Of a DNA stretch of 64,000 bases, positions 13,301 to 22,300 are shown one piece after another (position 1 is the stretch's first letter; each line of letters starts with the position of its first letter). The position numbers and the translations under genes are program-made. Origin of the DNA: Eledone cirrhosa. Lineage: Eukaryota. The notes under the pieces are model-generated. The model made no database searches. It saw nothing but the letters and a program-made list of their open reading frames with translations, and was not told where the DNA came from. The stretch is taken from assembly GCA_964016885.1 (NCBI GenBank), contig OZ024747.1, positions 6,882,001-6,946,000 on the forward strand, in the 5' to 3' direction.

Positions 13301-16300
13301 AGGATTAGTGTTAGGAAGGACATCTGGTTGTAAAACATTCTCAAAATACCCATGGAAAAGTGGACATAAAAACAATGATGTATAAAGTTCAATATTCAAT
13401 ATATAAACAATACAAAGAACTATATATATATCATTGTTTTACATCTGCTTGGATGGTCTTTTCTAGCACAGCATCCCTCCACTCATTGCAGAAGTGTGAA
13501 TCTTATATATTGTGTTTTACATAGTTTTTGGCAAATGTTTTCTGGCTGCACTTTCTATCATCGATCACTTTACAGAGTGACTACTCTCCTGAATGGGTTG
13601 CCTTCACAAGATCCAGTTTATAGAGCCCATCCCTACCCCTGTAATGTATTTGTGTGAGTGAGTGTACAGTGATTATTTATTAACACTATTCTAATCTTTA
13701 CCTGCTTTAGGTGCACCAGTACATGACCTCGTACCAAACCAAACATTTCTTCAATCTCTACCTCTTGGGTAAGTTATTCCATCTTTACTTGAAACATCTT
13801 GACATTATAGCTAACAATTTTGAATATTAACCCTTTAGCATTTAAACTGGCCATATCTGGCCAGAATTCTCTCACCTTTTTCTCTTCAAACTGGCCACTC
13901 ACACTTATGTTAAGGTATTTTAATGTGCTCTGATGTTGGGTTTGAATAGTTTTTAGGATTCCCCAGTTCAGCAGCCAGTACGTTAAAGAAAATTGATAGT
14001 TACAACAATAAAGGCTGAACAGAGAACAAATTTTTTAACAAACAATAATTTGTACAACCATAATGGAAATTCCAAGTAACAGAAAATATTTAAATTACAT
14101 TGTTAGAGCCTCAGAGTATACAATATTTTTTGTTCGGCGCTCCGGAGCAAAGATGAAGAGATTGTTTGGCGAGCTCACCCTTGAGCATCCTACATACAAT
14201 TGACCATGGGAGAATCACTGATTTTGTAGCTTGTCTCGCGGAGAAGCTCTGTAGACGCTGACCTCTGGACACTCCTGTCAGGAGCAGGTAAGCTGTAGTG
14301 ACTTAGAGGCCTACCACCAATCTCCAGGACACTCTTTTCAAGACAAATGAACGCCTCATTGAAAACGACATCGTATGTTATGTTTAGATTGTGTCTGCGT
14401 GTGCGGTGGAGGATGTCCTCAGCATAATAGCAAAAAGTTTTCGCAGCTGAGAAGGGACTTTAGCAGTTGCTGCTTTTTGCAGGATGAGGTGCCAATGGCT
14501 GTCATCGTGTAACATACCACACATCTGGCAAGCCAAACGAAACGGTAAGTGGAACATTGATGGCCATTGATGATTCTCAGATCTTGGAAAGACTGTGGTC
14601 CTCTAACCTCGAACAGTAACAATGACGATAAGCTGCGTGCTTCTTAACGGGATCTTCTGAAACTAAAAAAATCCGTCTGTGAACGCAGAAGTAAATATTT
14701 CGAAAAACGTTATCTAATGCAGACAGCCAGACATACAGCTATGTATCTATCTAAAAAGACAGACTAAGAAAAAGAGGGGAATGTTGTGCGACGTCATAAG
14801 AAAAAGTGAGGAATGACGTATAACTGGAAGTGTTGACATTTGAAATTTTAAAGAAGTGAATATTTAAATAATGTTTTTAATCTTTTAACAAAATTCAGTA
14901 GACAAAAATACCCTCACTTTTTTACTTGGAAAAAGTTACATCTATGGTGCAAATTTGGTGCTGTTTGGTCGAGCTGTTTGGCGGAACGTTTACCTACATA
15001 CGGCCGTCAGCTTTATAGTATAGATAAAGCCTTTACCATGAAAATACAATAGTAAATATAGAGTAATGTAAATACTAAAGGGTTAATGGTTTGATCCCAC
15101 TAGGTAGTGTTAATGGTTTGATCCCACTAGGTAGTGTTAATGGTGTTATTGTTGTTAAGCTTTCATTGAACAATTTTCTATGATCAAAAACATTTAAGCT
15201 ATCACCATTCCATGTTTCCCTATGTATTGGGACCACATCCAATTTCTGAGAAGGTTGGGTCTGTTATGAGGGTAATTTGACTACTATTTGTAGTCTAAGG
15301 ATACAATCTGTTGGTATCAATAACAAGTAGAATCTGACTTGACTTGACCTATTGTATATAATTAAGGATTTATATATATATTTCTTAATGTTTCTATAAT
15401 CCTCAGGGCTCTGCAAACACCTATCAACACAAACTGTAAACAAACGAAACAAGACAAATCTTCTACTTCAACAACTTCTGGTAACATTGATCCTGCGCAA
15501 CCTGTAGCTTTACAAGATGCTGCATCAGCACCAAAACTCAGGAAATCTGATGAAACACAGTTTAACACCACTGGTTTGGTTTATGTTCTCTCAGTGTTAA
15601 GTTTCGTCCTTGATTCGAGGTGAGTTATATTTGAAGCAGTATTATTTGTTGTTATTGTTGTTACTAATAACTTTAACTCTATGACAATCTCTTCCTTATT
15701 CCTCAACCAGAGCATGACTTGTTTTGGTTCTCCAGCCTGACAGACATGTATATTTTATATTGTTAGAAAAAATCACAGTAATAGGCATCACCTTTATTGG
15801 ATTATATAAGGTTTGTAATAAAGAAAACGGAAAAAAAATTAAATAGCAAAAAGTGAGGGGAAAGCAGGGTGGGAATGGCAGACTCTACACCCCAGTCAAG
15901 GTGGTATATTTCAGCTGTACCCCACAAGTAAAATAGCAAAAGCATTGCCACAGAGAGCAGCCAACATCCACTACACCACCTCATGGACCTCTTTCTTCAG
16001 GGATGCACTTCTCCCAATTTTGCAGTAGAAAACAACTACTGGAACCGAGGACACCAGAGGTCTCAATGGTGACAGGCATGAAAAGGGAGCAGCAGCTATT
16101 GTTTTCATAATTCAAGTGACAAACTTTCCTTATTATTGACCAATCAGAACACAACTTTTCATTTTCTCCTTGCTTCCAGTAATATTTACACTTCTAAACA
16201 AAAGTGACAACTTTCTGTATAGCCAACACTACCGATAGATGCTGTGTGGTATCATTGTGGTCACCATCAATAGGCCTGTGTTCAGTATCATTGTGTTACT

Positions 16301-19300
16301 TTGAGCAAATGTTTTCTGCAATCGTCCCAGGCTAGATAGACTAAAATTGTATAGAAGTCTGTCAGATGGACTTTACATATTCTTGGATATTAGAAATTAT
16401 TATTCCTTCTCCTCTTCTTGAGAGGGTTATGGGGGAAGATTTCTTAGACATGCCTTCCAGAGGGTCCTATCAGAAGCAAACCATCTCCAAATAAAACCAA
16501 CTGAGCTTATAGATGTTGTCCAACCAGATGGCTTTGCATGTAAAATTTATCCAGTGATTCTTTCCTTATACATTTTATAACCACATGTCCATAGTATTGG
16601 AGCTACTCCCTGATCTCCAAGCTACGCACCCTATTGAGTAATGTTACTTCAAAAACCGTTCAGAGGAGCCCCATTTCAGCCACTTGTGTTCACATATTCT
16701 TTTGGTCATTGCCCAAGAGTCTGACCATAGGTAAAGGTAGTCACAAATACCAAATTGAAAATATTAATTTTGGCTTGATTATTCATCCTTCTTAATCTAA
16801 TCTTTCATTGCTTCTGCAGACCAAATTATACAACAGACCAACTCTCTGCCTTGTTTTTGATGTTGTGCAAAATCCGGTTGGATATCCACATTGCTACGTA
16901 AGTAACAGTATTCTCTCTCATTTCAGTGTTGTCTCCCCACTATCACCCTTAGTCACAATCTGGCTAACCCATGATAAAAGACTATTCACCTTTAACTATT
17001 CAATCTTTTTTTCTCAATCATAATGTATAACTACATGTTGTGTGTGTATGTATGTATGTATATATATATATATATATATAGTCCAGTGATATGTATGACT
17101 GTGTATGTATATATATTGTCAATGATATGTATGACTATCTATACATATATATATTGTCCAGTGATGTGTGCGGCTGTGTATATAAATTGTACTGTCTTTA
17201 TTTACAAAGGGATCCGCTGGTCAAGAATTTGCAATCTGTTCTCTCAAGAATAATCCAGAAATATCCAAACACAGAATGGCCAGAAACGGTAAGTGTGTGT
17301 GTACATATATATATATAGACACATATATATATATGTATATATCATCATCATTTAACGTCTGCTTTCTCTGCTATCAAATGTTAGGCAGCTTGTCACAGAC
17401 CTTCGGTACTTAATCAGAGCTACTGACTTCACTTAGTTTCTGTCTTTCTTCAGTTTAGCTTGCACTTCTTCAACTTAGAAATTTTAATACATTTTTATTT
17501 CTGCTTGGTGGATCTTTGCCAGTACTTCATGTCATCAATCCTCACATTCTTTTGAGGTCCAGTGTCACCACATCATGTCATCTCTGTCATAAGGTTCAGC
17601 TTCACCACTTCATATCATCAATCCCCACAGTCCTTTGTCACCTGTCATAAGGTTCAGCTTCACCACTTCATATCATCAATCCCCTACAGTCCTTTGTCAC
17701 CTGTCATAAGGTTCAGCTTCACCACTTCATATCATCAATCCCCTACAGTCCTTTGTCATCTGTCATAAGGTTCAGCTTCACCACTTCATATCATCAATCC
17801 CCTACAGTCCTTTGTCACCTGTCATAAGGTTCAGCTTCACCACTTCATATCATCAATCCCCTACAGTCCTTTGTCACCTGTCATAAGGTTCAGCTTCACC
17901 ACTTCATATCATCAATCCCCTACAGTCCTTTGTCATCTGTCATAAGGTTCAGCTTCACCACTTCATATCATCAATCCCCTACAGTCCTTTGTCACCTGTC
18001 ATAAGGTTCAGCTTCACCACTTCATATCATCAATCCCCTACAGTCCTTTGTCACCTGTCATAAGGTTCAGCTTCACCACTTCATATCATCAATCCCCTAC
18101 AGTCCTTTGTCACCTCTGTCATAAGGTTCAGCTTCACCACTTCATATCATCAATCCCCTACAGTCCTTTGTCACCTCTGTCATAAGGTTCAGCTTCACCA
18201 CTTCATATCATCAATCCCCACAGTCCTTTGTCATCTCTGTCATAAGGTTCAGCTTCACCACTTCATATCATCAATCCCCACTGTCCTTTGTCATCTCTGT
18301 CATAAGGTTCAGCTTCCTAAGATCAGTCTTCACCACTTCATGTCTGTCTAGGTCTATATCTTCTACTGAGATTTCTCTACATTTCTTCATGCAGCTGTCA
18401 TCATCCATATGCATCACATATCAGTGCAGATTCCTCACACCACACCACATCAAATTCTTATTCTGAGTCTTTCTCCCAGTTCACCATTGCTACATCATTC
18501 GTGCACACTAACATTACATATCTACTAGAACATACTCGTTTCATTTCTTTCTAGTCTTTGCAGATTTTCTACAGTCAACGCCCATGTCTGCAGTGTTGCC
18601 AATTTTTTAAAGAGTAAACATTTTAAATAGATTTAAAAAAACATAAAATCGATTGACTTACATTATATTTAATCAAAATTAAAGTCTTCTAAATCAAAGC
18701 TCTCTGCTAAAACATGGAATCTGTTAACTTTTTCTTCTGGAGTCCAGTTATAGGCATCTAATGTTCTTATTTTCTGCAAGATTTCCCTCAGCACTTTGTA
18801 ACTGAAGCAGCAGTTACCATTACTCTTTAAATCAGGTTTTATGGCTGTTTGTGCAACTTAAAATAAACAATATTCATGACACTAAAATGTCTTTCCACAT
18901 CAGCTTTTAAATGTGATAAAATAAGTAGTTTAAATGTTTCCAAAAAGCTCTTTGAACAGATTTTCTCTAGCAAAATCTCTATACAAAGAAAATTCAGTCA
19001 AAAATGAAATTGTATTCAAAACATTCTGTAGCTGCTTCTACTGAAAGTCTTTTTTAACTGTAGTCTCATCGTTTTCATAAAAATATCTTACTATCTTGTC
19101 AAATACATCCTAACATAGGGTAAATTATAGAATATATGCTGGAGTAAAAAAAGAAGGGTGGGGGATTAATTCTTAAATTATTTCTTCCATTTATGTTCAA
19201 ATTCCATTAAGTTTTATTCAGAAAAGATGTAAAGGGAGGGGAGAGTTACGAATAAGATGATGGCACGTGGAAAGAGAAAAAGTGATACTGGGCTTACGGT

Positions 19301-22300
19301 CAGAACGACTATTGGGGTGGTATAAGGGTGAACAAATATAACTGGAGTTAAAATGTAAAGAGTCATTGCCAGACGCTCTGACATCATCTAACAATTCTGT
19401 CAATTCACTGCATTGATGATGATGATGGTAATAGTATGATAATACAGTCAAAATAATGTTTCTACTTTAGGCACAAGACCTGTAATTATCCCAGTGCATT
19501 ACTGACACTTTATTTTATTGACCCCATCAGGATGAAAGACAAAGTTAACCGGGGCAGGATTTGAAGTCAGAACGTAAAGGGCTTCAACTCTATGCTACAA
19601 AGCATGGTGTCTGACGCTCTACCAATACTGCCAATCCACTGTTCTTAGTCAGAATAATAAATAATACAGCCAAACTAATAAACCTTTAACTTAAATATTG
19701 TCTCTAATGTGAAGCTCATGTTGGTATTGTAGATAGCAATAGTTGTGGTGTGGCGTGTTGTAGCTAGTTGTTACTGGTATAAGCTCTTGAATGAATGCTA
19801 TTATTTATATTTTCCAGGCCATCAATTTGTCCATTGACCTAGCTACACTGACCAGAGATCCCCATAATATGCTCTTCCTTACACAAACCTTACCACATTG
19901 TCAGCACAGTGTCGAACTGCGACAGAGACTGGCCACACTACAGCTTTATTTGATCACTGAACAGGATATATCCACTATTAGCAAACAGGAGGTTAATGTG
20001 AGTAGCCTTTACACTCTATTCTCTGCATTCTCTTACTTTATCTGAGTATATGTGTGTATGTACTGTATCTGTGTGTGTGTGTGTGTGTGTTATATGTATT
20101 CTCTCTCTCTAATGTTTAATGTCTTTGTGTCTGTTGCTTTGAAGTCTGTAGTTCCAGACAAGATGAAGCACCAACCGTGTTTATATATAAAAATCTCTCT
20201 CTGCATATTTTGTATACTGTGTGTGTGTCTAAGGGCACCCTGTTGTATACTGTGTGTGTGTCTAAGGGCACCCTGTTGTATACTGTGTGTGTGTCTAAGG
20301 GCACCCTGTTGTATACTGTGTGTGTGTCTAAGGGAACCCTGTTGTATACTGTGTGTGTGTCTAAAGGCACCCTGTTGTATACTGTGTGTGTGTCTAAAGG
20401 CACCCTGTTCGAAAAAATGCTTTAAGGTGTTTGTTCTGGATCTTTACCTTATTAGCTGAAATCTTGCTGAGGTCAGCTTTGCCTTCCTGGAAGGGTAAAA
20501 TAAAGTACCAGTCATGTACTGGTGTTAATATAATTGGTCCCTACCCTCTCAAAATATTGCCAATCTTGTGTCTAAATTAGAAGCCTTAATGCTACTAATA
20601 GAAGCTATTACTACTACTGCTGCTACTAATACTATGAATGTCATTATCATTATTCCTATATTTTCAGATATCTCAATTGTTTTGTCTGTTTCCTCATCTG
20701 AAATCCTTTGCTCAAAACAAACTCAGTACTCTCTCTATAACTGTTGACTTACTTAGCATCGCTGTTGGAGGGATCTCTTTCCAGAAATCTGACCGGGTAA
20801 ACTTATTCTTTCTTAATTTCTTATTAATATTAGGCCAGTGGATTGGCAGAATCATTAGAGCGTTGAACAAAATGCTTTGTGGTATTTAGTTACATCCCTT
20901 TACACCATCATCATCATCATCATCATCATACGTCCATTTTCCAGGCTGGTATGGGTAGGATGGGCTGTCCCTTTGGGAGAGATCAGGTTGGAGGACCATG
21001 TTTTGTTCACACACAGCTGATTTTGGCTTGGTTTCATAGTGTGTGACAAGGCTGGTCCTTTGAATTACAAGCACAGTCTAGCCAATGAATTTTCAAACAG
21101 TTTCTGCCTACACAATTTCACAGACAAGGCATGGGTTGACCTGAGGCTAGAGTAAATGAACTCAGGCTAGAGTAAATGAACTCTTGCTTATCATGCCACA
21201 CAGTAGGATCAAATCCTGGACCCAATGATTAGGAAATGAACTTTTTAATCATTTGTTCATACTGATTACACAAAATATCCCAATAATCTAAATTTAACTG
21301 GTTTTAGTTACTGGACTACTGCCTTGCTGGAGCAACACTTATAGAGGAGTCCAATTTGTTGTAAGCATGTGTATGTGTGTATATATATATCATTATCATC
21401 GATTAACGTTCATCCTTCACGCTAGCATGGGTTAGACGGGTCTTGTTTTGAGGCAAGTCGTGTCGAGTGACTGTGTCTCGCTCATATAGGGGTGTTTCTG
21501 GCTGGTTTTCTACGGTTGGATGCCCTTCCTAACGCCAACCATATTTACTGTGTGGGCTGGGTGCTTTTTGCCACGTCTTTTACACGTCCACTTTACAGTG
21601 TGTATATATATATATGTGTATGTATGTGTGTGTGTGTATAAAAGCACACATGCAGACACACTCATTTCCAGTTTAAGGTTAAATAACTCAGTACGTCGTT
21701 GATGTACTGCTTCCTCCTGCAGTTTCCTCTTCCCATCAGTCTGGGAAGCTCTACAGAAGAGTCTAGGTCAGCCTTTACAGAAGAGTCTAGGTCAGCCTTT
21801 ACAGAAGAGTCTGGGTCAGCCTGTACAGAAGAGTCTAGGTCAGGCTGTACAGAAGAGTCTAGGTCAGGCTGTACAGAAGAGTCTAGGTCAGGCTGTACAG
21901 AAGAGTCTAGGTCAGGCTGTACAGAAGAGTCTAGATTCGGCTGTACAGAAGAGTCTAGGTCAGGCTGTACAGAAAGAGTCTAGGTCAGGCTGTACAGAAA
22001 GAGTCTAGGTCAGGCTGTACAGAAAGAGTCTAGGTCAGGCTGTACAGAAAGAGTCTAGGTCAGGCTGTACAGAAAGAGTCTAGGTCAGGCTGTACAGAAA
22101 GAGTCTAGGTCAGGCTGTACAGAAAGAGTCTAGGTCAGGCTGTACAGAAAGAGTCTAGGTCAGGCTGTACAGAAAGAGTCTAGGTCAGGCTGTACAGAAG
22201 AGTCTAGGTCAGGCTGTACAGAAGAGTCTAGGTCAGGCTGTACAGAAGAGTCTAGGTCAGGCTGTACAGAAAGAGTCTAGGTCAGGCTGTACAGAAAGAG

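Noticed and set aside
18591-19090. Possible second hAT remnant starting cagtgttgcc
   Set aside because: Too decayed; no partner TIR or clear motif
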